Notes under the pieces: generated by a model
Database searches by the model: none
The model's input: only the letters and a program-made list of their open reading frames with translations
Told to the model about the DNA's origin: nothing
Shown: positions 1 through 9,898 of the stretch, piece after piece
How the letters are laid out: every line of letters starts with the position of its first letter
Position numbering within the stretch: position 1 is the first letter of the stretch
Position numbers and translations under genes: made by a program
NCBI GenBank assembly: GCA_963979105.1
Contig: CAXBWG010000001.1
Location: 1 to 33,392, forward strand
From: an uncultured bacterium
Lineage (GTDB): Bacteria; Margulisbacteria; Marinamargulisbacteria; GCA-2716485; GCA-002719695
DNA: 33,392 nucleotides
Reading direction: 5' to 3'

Positions 1-1103
1 TAAAATATCGCGGTGTATCTTTAGCAGACATTGTCGCCGGTTGTGAAGAATCTAAAACGCATCATTTTGAACGAACATGTTTTCTTTTATTAGTAGGAAG
101 ACTCCCAGATTACAAAGAAGAAAAAGCGTTTTCTCAATACATGGCAAAACACAGAGAAGTTCCGCAAGAAATTATAGATAACATTATTATAGGAATTCCA
201 TCAAAAGATATTATGAATAAGCTTCAAACATCTATTTCTGCATTATATGCATTTGATGACGATGCAGATTCACTAGACCCAGCAGAGACCTTTTTTAAAA
301 GTATTCGACTCATAGCAAAATTACCATCTATCGTAGCGCTCAGCTATTTAACTACTTACAAACCAAAAGCTGAAATTGTAAAACCAACAGAAAAGATGTC
401 ACAAGCAGAAGCGTTTTTACATATATTATCATCTGGAAAAAACTCATCGGCTTTTGATGCCTACATTGTTGATTTAGCACTAGTATTGCATTGCGAGCAT
501 GGTGGCGGAAACAACTCTACATTTACAACATATGTTGTATCTTCATCTGGTTCTGACCTCTATTCCTCTTTAGCTGCAGCTGTTGCCAGTTTAAAAGGCC
601 CTCTACACGGGGCTGCAAATAAAAAAGTAATGGATATGATGGCAGATATTAAGCAAAATGTATCTCAATGGGAAAATGTAGATGAAATTAAAGACTACCT
701 AACAAAACTAGTAAAAAAAGAATCTGGAGATAAAAGTGGTAAATTATATGGATTAGGCCATGCTGTTTACACAAAATCAGACCCTAGAGCAATTGCAATT
801 AAATCTATTGCAAAACGAATTGCAGACCAAAATAACAGATCTAAAGAATATAATTTATATAATCTGATTGCAGAAGTAGGACCTAGTGTATTTCAAAATG
901 TAAAAAACTCTCAAAAAGTAATTTCACCTAACGTCGATTTTTATTCTGGCTTTGTTTATGATTGCCTTGCTATTCCAAAAGAGATATTTACACCTATTTT
1001 TGCAATGGCCAGAGCTACCGGTTGGTGTGCGCATAGAATTGAAGATATGCTTTCTGGGAAACGTATTATAAGACCTGGCTATAAATACGTAGATCCAAAA
1101 TAA
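1..1103 (+). CDS. gltA: citrate synthase, 5'-truncated by the window edge
   Basis: Frame 3 is open from base 3 (KYRGVSLADIV...FERTCFLLLVGRLPD) into ORF 141..1103. Citrate-synthase signatures are present: GPLHGAANKKV, GLGHAVYTKSDPRA, DFYSG, ARATGWCAHRIE. Confidence 0.9.
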   Translation, partial: KYRGVSLADIVAGCEESKTHHFERTCFLLLVGRLPDYKEEKAFSQYMAKHREVPQEIIDNIIIGIPSKDIMNKLQTSISALYAFDDDADSLDPAETFFKSIRLIAKLPSIVALSYLTTYKPKAEIVKPTEKMSQAEAFLHILSSGKNSSAFDAYIVDLALVLHCEHGGGNNSTFTTYVVSSSGSDLYSSLAAAVASLKGPLHGAANKKVMDMMADIKQNVSQWENVDEIKDYLTKLVKKESGDKSGKLYGLGHAVYTKSDPRAIAIKSIAKRIADQNNRSKEYNLYNLIAEVGPSVFQNVKNSQKVISPNVDFYSGFVYDCLAIPKEIFTPIFAMARATGWCAHRIEDMLSGKRIIRPGYKYVDPK

Positions 1104-1104
1104 A

Positions 1105-1539
1105 TTAATTATCTAATTTATCTAACCTACGCTGGTGTCTACCCCCTTCATAAGCTGAATTAAGCCAAGTAGAAATATAAATTTTTGCAGACTCAAAAGA
1201 CGTTGTTCTACCACCTAAACATAAAATATTTGCATTATTATGTTCTTTTGCCATTTTAGAAGTAAATTCATCATATACCAACGCAGCACGAATCCCCTTA
1301 TTTCGATTAGCCTTTATTGAAATACCTATTCCAGTTCCACAACACAAAATCCCTAAATTATTACTATCATTTAACACTTGCTTAACAACACTATCTGCAA
1401 TATCTGGGTAATCCACCGATTGCGTATCAAACGTACCGCAATCTGTAAGGTCGATAGCTGTAATTGTTTTTAAATAAGCTACAAGTTTATCCTTTAACTC
1501 AAGAGCTCCATGATCTGAACCTATAAATAATTTTGTCAT
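1105..1539 (-). CDS. rpiB: ribose-5-phosphate isomerase B (RpiB/LacAB family)
   Basis: Motifs LFIGSDHGA, CCGTGIGISIKANR, GIRAALV. I moved the start to ATG 1539 (MTKLFIGS), which lies 7 nt downstream of GGAGG (1547-1551). The ORF-track extension to 1593 lies inside the upstream gene. Confidence 0.85.
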   Translation of the reverse strand: MTKLFIGSDHGALELKDKLVAYLKTITAIDLTDCGTFDTQSVDYPDIADSVVKQVLNDSNNLGILCCGTGIGISIKANRNKGIRAALVYDEFTSKMAKEHNNANILCLGGRTTSFESAKIYISTWLNSAYEGGRHQRRLDKLDN

Positions 1540-1541
1540 AA

Positions 1542-2402
1542 TTAAACCTCCATAATCTGATTTTGATAAAACATTTTTAAACTTTCCTTCCAATGAACCC
1601 TCTTAATATCTAACACCCTATCTAATTTAGTACAATCAAGACGTCCATTTAAAGGTCTTTTTGCAGGCGCCTTATATTCGGAAGATGAAATTGGTAAAAT
1701 ATTACCTTTATAGTTTTCATAACTAGCAATTTCTTTACAAAACTCATACCAAGATGTAACTCCATTATCCGTACAATGATATATCCCACTTTTAGGACGT
1801 GATTTAATAACAGCTGCAACATAATTACTTAATGAATATGTATAAGTAGGTGTTCCAATTTGATCATCAATTACTCTTAATTCCTTTTTTTGATTAAATA
1901 ATCGCTTCATAGTAGATACAAAGTGGTTACCATTTGGTCCATATAACCACTGAATTCTAAAAATATAATAATTCGTTAACAATTGGGCACAATATTGTTC
2001 ACCCAAATATTTAGATTTTCCATAAACACTAATTGGGCTACACTTATCTTCTTCCACATAAGCCCCTCCCTCTAAAGCACCATCAAAGACGTAATCTGTA
2101 GAAAAATGAATAAATAAAGCATTAATTTTTGCAACTTTTTTTGCAATATTTTTAATTACATCTGCATTTAACAAAAAAGCTAGATCAGTTTCAAGCTCGG
2201 CATCATCAACACGTGTATAAGCCGCGCAATTAATAACGACATCTACATTTGAATGTTTAGAAAACACACAATCAAGCAACCCTTCATCACAAATATCACA
2301 TGTTTTTGACGAATAGCCAATAACCTCATAATTATTTTTTTTTAATATCTTTTCTAACATACTACCCAGCATCCCAGTAGCTCCAAATAACATTATTTTC
2401 AT
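1542..2402 (-). CDS. rfbD: dTDP-4-dehydrorhamnose reductase-like NAD(P)-dependent reductase (RmlD family)
   Basis: N-terminal Rossmann motif MLFGATGMLGS and catalytic YGKSKYLGE (YxxxK); RmlD-like length. The likely start is ATG 2402 (MKIMLFGATG) rather than 2438. No other rml genes are in the window. Confidence 0.7.
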   Translation of the reverse strand: MKIMLFGATGMLGSMLEKILKKNNYEVIGYSSKTCDICDEGLLDCVFSKHSNVDVVINCAAYTRVDDAELETDLAFLLNADVIKNIAKKVAKINALFIHFSTDYVFDGALEGGAYVEEDKCSPISVYGKSKYLGEQYCAQLLTNYYIFRIQWLYGPNGNHFVSTMKRLFNQKKELRVIDDQIGTPTYTYSLSNYVAAVIKSRPKSGIYHCTDNGVTSWYEFCKEIASYENYKGNILPISSSEYKAPAKRPLNGRLDCTKLDRVLDIKRVHWKESLKMFYQNQIMEV

Positions 2403-2504
2403 GGATAAAAAGATATCATATAACACTAAAAATAACATTGAATGTTTAATAAATTAAAATATAGGGGAAATATTAAACAAATCAAAAACTTAAAGGCTAA
2501 AATA

Positions 2505-3194
2505 ATGATAATCAACAAAAAAACAATAATATCGCTTATTTCATTATTATTATTTTTCTCAATACACACCTATGGATTAGATAAAGAAAAATATAAACTA
2601 GGAATTTTTGCAGAAGCCCCCCTAACAAATGGGTTTATATTAGAAAAAAAACTAGATAAAAACCACTTTTTTTCAATTAAATACGGTATCGCACCCGAAT
2701 ATTACATGAACATGTTAGGCTCTGGACTTGAAAATTTTGATTGGTGGAATAGCATCTATTCCAATCTTCTTACAGAAATTTGCACGGGCATGCAAGGTGG
2801 TGAGCTTTCTTTTGGAACAACTAATTTCTTAAACAAAAAAAATCTTATAGCAAGCTTTGGCGTTTCACTTTATAATGTCGACTATAATTCATACGGAAAC
2901 GAATTATTTAATGCTACTTTTGGAACATCTTTAGACAAAGAACAACCGTTAGGAATAAAAGCAAAATTAGTCGCACTTAATTTTAATATTTCAAAAATAC
3001 ACCCCCTCAAAAAAAACTGGGAATTAGTTACTGGATTTAACATAAAATATATAAACTCATTTTATGGATCTGTATATTCAGACGTTGCGATTAACGATCA
3101 ACTATCCTATTCATTAAACAATTGGCTTACAGCTTATTTAGAAAGTTTATTCTTACCAACACTATCGATACAATTAAAATATACATTTAAATAA
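2505..3194 (+). CDS. hypothetical secreted protein, possibly a small outer-membrane beta-barrel
   Basis: Taking ATG 2505 as the start gives a Sec-type signal peptide (MIINKKTIISLISLLLFFSIHTYG). The rest shows an alternating hydrophobic/polar beta-strand-like pattern rich in aromatics. I recognised no family motif. Confidence 0.5.
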   Translation: MIINKKTIISLISLLLFFSIHTYGLDKEKYKLGIFAEAPLTNGFILEKKLDKNHFFSIKYGIAPEYYMNMLGSGLENFDWWNSIYSNLLTEICTGMQGGELSFGTTNFLNKKNLIASFGVSLYNVDYNSYGNELFNATFGTSLDKEQPLGIKAKLVALNFNISKIHPLKKNWELVTGFNIKYINSFYGSVYSDVAINDQLSYSLNNWLTAYLESLFLPTLSIQLKYTFK

Positions 3195-3197
3195 TTA

Positions 3198-3920
3198 TTA
3201 ACTTAAATCATAAAAAATATCACGTAAGCCTATAAAAATAAGTTGAGGTTCATATTCATCAGCATCTAAAAAGGGCTCTAAAACAGAAATTGCAGACCCC
3301 GTAGCAATCACTTTTAAATCCGAATATTTCATCCTATATTCAGCAATAAATCCATTAATTAAATATCTAAATCCATTAAACAAACCCACCTCAACTGCTT
3401 GCTTTGTGTTTTTCCCCATTAAAGCATCAACTTCTTCAACATATATTAACGGAATTTGCGCAGTATAATCGTTTAATGCCTGAGATGAAATTTTTAATCC
3501 AGGAAAAATAGCCCCACCCTGATACACCCCTGTAGAATCTACAAAACAAAATGGTAAAGCTGTTCCAGAATCAATAATCAAACAAGGTTGTTTATATTTT
3601 TGATATGCAGCATAGGCTGTAATAATTCTATCAGAACCCAACTCAGCAGGTGTGTCTATATTAATTTTTAATAATGGAACATTAGATGAATCAATAAACA
3701 ATACCTCAGAATTTGGAATTAAATAAAACATCTTATTTAAATTAGGGACAACAGAAGAAATAATACACCTTGAATTACAAAAAAAAGAATTCAATTGAGT
3801 TTGATCTAATTCACAAGTACGAATAAATTTTTGATTAACTAAACTAGCATCTTCAGATAATTCATAATACTCTAAATTAGAATTACCTAAATCAATTAAA
3901 AAAGTTTTATTTTTGCTCAT
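3198..3920 (-). CDS. coaX: type III pantothenate kinase
   Basis: Motifs FLIDLGNSN (DxGN[ST]), IIDSGTA, GGAIFPG, and about 240 aa, all typical of CoaX. Confidence 0.85.
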   Translation of the reverse strand: MSKNKTFLIDLGNSNLEYYELSEDASLVNQKFIRTCELDQTQLNSFFCNSRCIISSVVPNLNKMFYLIPNSEVLFIDSSNVPLLKINIDTPAELGSDRIITAYAAYQKYKQPCLIIDSGTALPFCFVDSTGVYQGGAIFPGLKISSQALNDYTAQIPLIYVEEVDALMGKNTKQAVEVGLFNGFRYLINGFIAEYRMKYSDLKVIATGSAISVLEPFLDADEYEPQLIFIGLRDIFYDLS

Positions 3921-4007
3921 AATGGGAATAGTAAGAAAGTTGAGTTAAAAAAACAATAATTAGTTTAATAGAAAAAATACATAGTAAAGGTTAAAATAGA
4001 GTTACCC

Positions 4008-7000
4008 ATGCCAAAAAAATCAACAAATAATACATTAGATTATAAAAATAAATTAAAAAATGAAATTTTAAATCTATCAAAAAACAATACATTATTAACT
4101 CAATTTTGCAGTTGTTATATTACATCCCTAAATACAAAATCCCTACATAAATATACATCAGAAACATTATTTGAATTTTTAAAAACACAATTTAATTACC
4201 TTGTAACTTTTTTTGAAAAAAAAGAAAACTATTTACTCGACATAAAAAATACATCTCACCGTAGTATTACAGTGACAATTATATGCCCTGATGTCCAATA
4301 TTTAATTTTCACACTAGAAAATTTATTTAAACAATTCAATTTAACAATAACAAGAATGAATCATCCATTAGTATCAGTTTATAAAAATCAAAAAAAAGAA
4401 ATCACATTTATTGATTTACCAAAAAAAGATAGTAAATTATTTTCATGTTGTTCAATTGAATGTCAATTTGAAAATTCAAAATTAGAATTAAACAAACTAG
4501 AACAAGAATTAAAATATCGTCTAAATGCAGCTCTTTGTATTTCAAAAGATAGTAATCAAATGATGAAAAACCTAATTTTTGTACAACATGATGTATCTAA
4601 AACACCAACACATTTTCCTGAATTTCAAAAAGAATGGATAGAATTACTAGATTGGTTAACAAATGAAAACTTTTCTTGTTTTGGATATGGAGAATTTTTA
4701 ATTACAAAAACAGGCACTTCACACTTAATAAAATTAAATGAATCAGAATCATTAGGATTATTATCAAAAACCTATTTAAATCACTCTAACTCAACATTAG
4801 TTTCACAAATTAAAAATCAAATCAAAAACCTAATGGATTACAGATCTCCCTTTATTTTTGACTCCCTAAAATATAAAAGTCCAATAAAAAGATTTGAAAA
4901 TTTAATGAGAATTAACCTTAAAATACCAACAGGTCCAAACAAATGGATTCAATACAACTTTATTGGATTATTAAAACGAAGCTCATTATTAGCAAAAAAC
5001 ACAGAAACCCCCATTATTAAATTAAAAATAAAAACAATATTAGAAAGAAAACAAATTTGGCCTGGAAGTCATAACTACTACCAAACCATTCGATTATTAA
5101 ACAATGTTCCAAAAATAGAATTATTTAAAACACCTATCGAAAACCTTCAAGAAATTATAGAAAACCTACTTTCAATTACAAATCCAAATGACATTTCTTT
5201 TTTCAAACTAAAACAAATCGATAAATCTAAATTGTTCGTTATGGGAGTTATTCCTAATAGTGTATTTTCCAATTCTAACCTAATCAAGATTATAAACTAT
5301 CTTGAAAAAGAAATTCCAAACTCCGGAATAGAATACTTTGTAATACCAAGTGAACAATTTGTAAGAATTCATATTTACTTTGATCAAGAAAAAACAAATG
5401 AATTTAATATAGATTTAAACAAAATAGAATCTACAGTTATTGAACTCATTCAACCTTGGGAAAAACGATTTCATCAAATACTTATTAACAACTTTGGAAT
5501 CAAAAAATCAGATACTCTTTACACCAAGTACGTCCATTCATTTCCTGAACATTATAAAATCAGACGATCCCCTAGAGATGCAATTATTGATGTTGATTAT
5601 TTTGAAAGCTCTACTATTAACAAAAAAACCGAATTCAATTTAGTTCCGTTTAAATTTAAAGATTCATTACTTACAGGAAAAGCAAATTTATTAAATATTT
5701 ATCATTATGAAAAAATAGATTTATTTCAATTTATTCCAATTTTTCAAAATTTAAATATATACTTTTTTGATGAGTTAACAACACGAGTCGGGTCAATAAA
5801 TTCAATCATAGGCTATATTCATGCATTTAGAATTAAATTTATTGAATCATCCCATTACACCCCTCAATTTGAAAGTTTTAAAGATAGGTTAATTCATTTA
5901 TTAAACGCCATTTTTCAAAACAAACTACCAAATGACCCAATCAATGGGTTAATTAGTTGTACAGAACTAAATTGGAAAGATATTTTTATTCTCCAAGGGT
6001 ATCGAAATTATTTATTACAATTACGGCCAAACTACACTAAAGAAAAAATTAACACCACAATTTTAAAACATAAACATCCTATAGAACTAATAATTAAATA
6101 TTTTAAAACAAAATTTACCTATACCAACAATCATACGCCAAGCAAAAAGCAAATAAATCAATGCCTCACACTAAAAGAAGCCTTTTTAGACTCCCTATCA
6201 AGCGTAAGTGATATCGACGAAGATTACATTTTAAAGTGGATATTCAATTTAATTGAACATACATTACGAACTAATTACTTTAAACATGAATTAGAAACAA
6301 GCAATCTACTAAGCTTAAAGCTTGATGGAGAAAAAATTATCGCACCATTACCAAAATCGTTTAAAGAAATTTTTATTTTTGATCCAGAAGTAGAAGGAAT
6401 CCATATTAGATTTGGCGCAGTCTCAAGAGGGGGAATCCGTTGGTCCAGTAGGCCAAATGACTACCGAAGTGAAGTATTAGGCCTAGCTAAAACACAACGA
6501 GTCAAAAACGTTGTAATAATACCAAATGGATCCAAAGGTGGATTTGTAATAAAAAAGAAATTTGAAAAATCAAATACCCCTACAGAGTCAAAAAATCAAT
6601 ATGAAAAATTTATTGAAGGTTTAATTTCATTAACAGATAACGTAGATAACAAAAACAATATAATAAAACCAGAAAAAACAATTTGCTATGATACAGATGA
6701 CCCTTACTTAGTAGTAGCTGCAGACAAAGGAACAGCAACATTTTCTGATTTCGCAAACAATATATCTACAACTAACAATTTTTGGCTTGATGATGCATTT
6801 GCATCTGGAGGAAGTGCTGGCTTTAATCATAAAGAACTTGGAATTACAGCAAAAGGAGCATGGGAATGCGTAAAACTCCACTTCTTAGAAATTGGAAAAG
6901 ATATAAACAAAACCCCATTTACATGCGTAGGAATAGGAGATATGTCGGGAGATGTTTTTGGAAATGGAATGTTATTATCTAAACAAACAAAATTAATAGC

Positions 7001-8723
7001 AGCATTTAACCATCTTCATATTTTTATAGACCCAACTCCAGATGCAAAAATAAGCTGGGAAGAAAGAAACAGATTATTTAATTTACCAAAATCAACTTGG
7101 GAAGATTACAACAAAAAATTATTAAGCACTGGCGGAGGAATCTATAGTAGGTACTCTAAAAAAATAACCCTATCAAACGAAATAAAAAAATTATTAAATT
7201 TAGAACAAAACGAGCTAAACGGCTCAGAACTTATTCATGCCCTTTTACAATGTAAAGTTGAACTTCTTTGGTTTGGAGGAATAGGTACTTATATTAAATC
7301 AGAAAATCAATCACATTCATCCGTTGGAGACCTTGCCAATGACAGTGTTAGAATAAATGATTCTCAATGCAAAGCAAAAGTTATTGGAGAAGGTGCAAAT
7401 CTTGGGATAACCCAACAAGCCAGACTTAAACTAAGCGAAAATTCTATTCATTTAAATACAGATTTCATAGATAATTCAGCAGGAGTAAATATTTCTGACT
7501 ACGAAGTTAATTTAAAAATTTTTCTACAAAAACTTCTTCAGAAAAAGCACATAAAAACAACAAAAGATCGAAATAGTTTATTAAAAAAATCAACTAAAAA
7601 TGTGATTGAAAATGTTTTGAAAAACAATATTTATCAACACAAACTTCTTTCAATGGAAGAAATACGATCAAAAATATCGATTTCCCCATATACAAATTTA
7701 ATTACACATTTTATTAACGAAAAAAAACTTAACCCACAAACAGACATCATTCCATCACAGGAAAAATTTGAAGAACTCGATAAAAAAAAGATGTCACTAC
7801 CACGTCCTTTACTAGCCTTACTCCAATCACTAATTAAATTAGATATAAATGGTACGTTATTAGAAAAATTTAATTCAAAAGATCCTTTTTTAAATAATTT
7901 CTTTTATAATTACTTTCCAAAATCTGTGATTGAAAAATTCAAAAAAGAATTAAACAACCATCAACTTAAACATGAAATCATAATTACTGAATTAACAAAC
8001 TACATTATTAACAACGCAGGCGTATTATTCTTTAGATCTACTCAAGAAATTACTGGAAAATCGATAAAAGAAATTACCGAAACCTACCTAATTCTAGACA
8101 AAACATTAAATTACCAATCACACAGAAAGGAACTATTAAAACAACAAATTCCACTCTCAGAAAAATATAAACAGTTAATCAAATTAGAATCTCAATTAAA
8201 ATATATTATTATAGATGCCCTACTAATCCCAAACTCAAAATTCAATATAGAAAATTTTTCTAATATTCAAAAATTATATACAACATTTCTTTCTAACTTC
8301 AACCCCAATACACTGAGCAATACCACTATTGAATTAAATAGATTTTTTATCCCTTATTATACAATTCTAACTACCCTTAAAAAGCCCCATACTAAAACAA
8401 CTCTCAACTCAATTGAAAAAATCTATAGTTATTTTAGTTTCGATTTTATATTAATGGCATTAAATCAAACTATTCTAAACTCAAACTGGGAAGTTGAACA
8501 AATAAAATTATTATACAAAATTTTATCACAAAAAAAGATAACTATTATTAATAAAGTCTTAACTACTAAACCCAACAAAGACACTCTATCCTCAGATAAA
8601 ATCCAATCATTTTTCTCAACAGACTTAAACTCATTTAACAACCTAATTTTAGAGGTAAAATCTATAGAAACTGTTTCATTATCTGCATTAACTGTAATAA
8701 TTAATAAATTAAATTTATTATAA
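4008..8723 (+). CDS. gdhB: NAD-specific glutamate dehydrogenase, large (about 180 kDa) Bac_GDH type
   Basis: 1571 aa. The catalytic core carries VSRGGIRWSSRPNDYRSEVLGLAKTQRVKNVVIIPNGSKGGFV, VVAADKGTATFSD, GDMSGDVFGNGML and EGANLGITQQAR, as in the large NAD-GDH family. Confidence 0.9.
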   Translation: MPKKSTNNTLDYKNKLKNEILNLSKNNTLLTQFCSCYITSLNTKSLHKYTSETLFEFLKTQFNYLVTFFEKKENYLLDIKNTSHRSITVTIICPDVQYLIFTLENLFKQFNLTITRMNHPLVSVYKNQKKEITFIDLPKKDSKLFSCCSIECQFENSKLELNKLEQELKYRLNAALCISKDSNQMMKNLIFVQHDVSKTPTHFPEFQKEWIELLDWLTNENFSCFGYGEFLITKTGTSHLIKLNESESLGLLSKTYLNHSNSTLVSQIKNQIKNLMDYRSPFIFDSLKYKSPIKRFENLMRINLKIPTGPNKWIQYNFIGLLKRSSLLAKNTETPIIKLKIKTILERKQIWPGSHNYYQTIRLLNNVPKIELFKTPIENLQEIIENLLSITNPNDISFFKLKQIDKSKLFVMGVIPNSVFSNSNLIKIINYLEKEIPNSGIEYFVIPSEQFVRIHIYFDQEKTNEFNIDLNKIESTVIELIQPWEKRFHQILINNFGIKKSDTLYTKYVHSFPEHYKIRRSPRDAIIDVDYFESSTINKKTEFNLVPFKFKDSLLTGKANLLNIYHYEKIDLFQFIPIFQNLNIYFFDELTTRVGSINSIIGYIHAFRIKFIESSHYTPQFESFKDRLIHLLNAIFQNKLPNDPINGLISCTELNWKDIFILQGYRNYLLQLRPNYTKEKINTTILKHKHPIELIIKYFKTKFTYTNNHTPSKKQINQCLTLKEAFLDSLSSVSDIDEDYILKWIFNLIEHTLRTNYFKHELETSNLLSLKLDGEKIIAPLPKSFKEIFIFDPEVEGIHIRFGAVSRGGIRWSSRPNDYRSEVLGLAKTQRVKNVVIIPNGSKGGFVIKKKFEKSNTPTESKNQYEKFIEGLISLTDNVDNKNNIIKPEKTICYDTDDPYLVVAADKGTATFSDFANNISTTNNFWLDDAFASGGSAGFNHKELGITAKGAWECVKLHFLEIGKDINKTPFTCVGIGDMSGDVFGNGMLLSKQTKLIAAFNHLHIFIDPTPDAKISWEERNRLFNLPKSTWEDYNKKLLSTGGGIYSRYSKKITLSNEIKKLLNLEQNELNGSELIHALLQCKVELLWFGGIGTYIKSENQSHSSVGDLANDSVRINDSQCKAKVIGEGANLGITQQARLKLSENSIHLNTDFIDNSAGVNISDYEVNLKIFLQKLLQKKHIKTTKDRNSLLKKSTKNVIENVLKNNIYQHKLLSMEEIRSKISISPYTNLITHFINEKKLNPQTDIIPSQEKFEELDKKKMSLPRPLLALLQSLIKLDINGTLLEKFNSKDPFLNNFFYNYFPKSVIEKFKKELNNHQLKHEIIITELTNYIINNAGVLFFRSTQEITGKSIKEITETYLILDKTLNYQSHRKELLKQQIPLSEKYKQLIKLESQLKYIIIDALLIPNSKFNIENFSNIQKLYTTFLSNFNPNTLSNTTIELNRFFIPYYTILTTLKKPHTKTTLNSIEKIYSYFSFDFILMALNQTILNSNWEVEQIKLLYKILSQKKITIINKVLTTKPNKDTLSSDKIQSFFSTDLNSFNNLILEVKSIETVSLSALTVIINKLNLL

Positions 8724-8794
8724 CTTAAATTAAAAGAATATAAATTAACTACCTAAAATAATACCTCTTAAACACCCCTATTAAAAAAACTAAA

Positions 8795-8947
8795 TTAATT
8801 AAAACTTATATTTTCAAAAATTGCACTCAATGCTTCCTTTGCTACCTCTGTATTATTTTTAATTGCATTAGAACGAATGAAAAACAAATCATCCAATACA
8901 ATTACATCCTGAGATGAGAAAATTTGAGCATTGTTTTTATTATCCAT
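8795..8947 (-). CDS. small hypothetical protein (50 aa), absent from the ORF track
   Basis: Hand translation gives MDNKNNAQIFSSQDVIVLDDLFFIRSNAIKNNTEVAKEALSAIFENISFN*. The ATG at 8947 is preceded by AAGGAG (8953-8958) with a 5-nt spacer. It sits in the otherwise empty 290-bp gdh-miaA spacer. Confidence 0.4.
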   Translation of the reverse strand: MDNKNNAQIFSSQDVIVLDDLFFIRSNAIKNNTEVAKEALSAIFENISFN

Positions 8948-9013
8948 AGTAACTCCTTAATTTATTTGAAATTGATATTGTTTTATTACCCTTAGTTAGA
9001 TACTATAAAAACA

Positions 9014-9898
9014 TTGAAATTTTTTGATATGACAAACAACACCCCTCACACTTATTACATCATTGGACCAACTGCAATAGGAAAATCAAATTACGCTATA
9101 GATTTAGCAAAAAAAATAAACGGTGAAATTATTTCTGCAGATGCCTATCAGATTTATAAATACATGAATATCGGGACAGGGAAAACACCAATTAAACACC
9201 AACAAAAAATACCTCATCACCTTTTAGATATCTTAACCCCAGATCAGAACTATAATGTTACTGATTTTTTAAAAAGAACAAATACCCTAATAAACTCTAT
9301 AACAAAAAAAAATAAAACAGCAATTATTTGCGGTGGAAACGGGCTGTACCTTCAATCATTTTTATATAACTATACATTCCCTGCTGCAAAAAGTGATCCT
9401 GAAATCAGAAAAAATCTAGAAGAAAAGTATATAAGCAAAGGCAAAGAATATCTATGGAATTATTTAAATAAAACTGATCCTGTATCTGCAAAAAAAATAC
9501 ATCCAAACAACAAACATCATCTCCTACGCTGTATTGAAATATATGAAATCACAAAGAAAATTCCATCAGAAATAAAACAAAAATCCCCTACAATTAGACC
9601 CAATACAAAAATAATTGGTTTAAACTCCTCTAGAAATGTGGTAAAAGACCTTATAAGCACAAGAGTAGATAACATGATAAAAATAGGATTAATTGAAGAA
9701 GTTAATTTATTACTCAAAAAAGGGTACCCTCATAGTTTACCTGCATTAAATTGTATTGGATACAAAGAAGTAATAAGTTATTTAAAAGGTATTATTGATA
9801 AAAAAGACATGATAGAATTAATTAAGAGAAATTCCTATCATTTCTCAAAACGACAACTAACATGGTTTAAAAAAATTGAAAATATTAACTGGCTTTAA
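9014..9898 (+). CDS. miaA: tRNA dimethylallyltransferase
   Basis: P-loop IIGPTAIGKS, ISADAYQIYKYMNIGTGK, GGNGLY, and a C-terminal RQLTWF-like motif. The track start at 9014 is TTG; ATG 9029 (MTNNTPH...) is an equally plausible start. Confidence 0.9.
   Translation: MKFFDMTNNTPHTYYIIGPTAIGKSNYAIDLAKKINGEIISADAYQIYKYMNIGTGKTPIKHQQKIPHHLLDILTPDQNYNVTDFLKRTNTLINSITKKNKTAIICGGNGLYLQSFLYNYTFPAAKSDPEIRKNLEEKYISKGKEYLWNYLNKTDPVSAKKIHPNNKHHLLRCIEIYEITKKIPSEIKQKSPTIRPNTKIIGLNSSRNVVKDLISTRVDNMIKIGLIEEVNLLLKKGYPHSLPALNCIGYKEVISYLKGIIDKKDMIELIKRNSYHFSKRQLTWFKKIENINWL

Noticed and set aside
1540-1593. N-terminal extensions of several ORF-track ORFs: 1540-1593 (rpiB), 2403-2438 (rmlD-like), 2442-2504, 11926-11973 (ybeY), 12763-12798 (CorC-like), 14027-14071 and 25723-25755 (nqrF)
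   Set aside because: The extensions overlap the preceding gene, begin at TTG or at weak contexts, and add residues not expected for the family. Internal ATG starts give canonical N-termini and, for rpiB and nqrF, proper SD spacing.
5440-5643. 67-aa + strand ORF nested inside the glutamate dehydrogenase gene in another frame
   Set aside because: It lies entirely within a 1571-aa ORF that has clear family motifs. It has no RBS and a low-complexity product, so it is a typical chance ORF.
9517-9717. 66-aa antisense ORF inside miaA. The same reasoning applies to 11509-11739 (+, inside pgpH), 12536-12724 (-, inside dgkA), 13239-13496 (-, inside the CBS/CorC gene) and 17249-17434 (-, inside rlmD).
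   Set aside because: All are embedded in, or antisense to, confidently assigned genes. They lack SD sequences and encode Ile/Phe/Leu/Ser-rich strings, as expected from translating AT-rich DNA off-frame.
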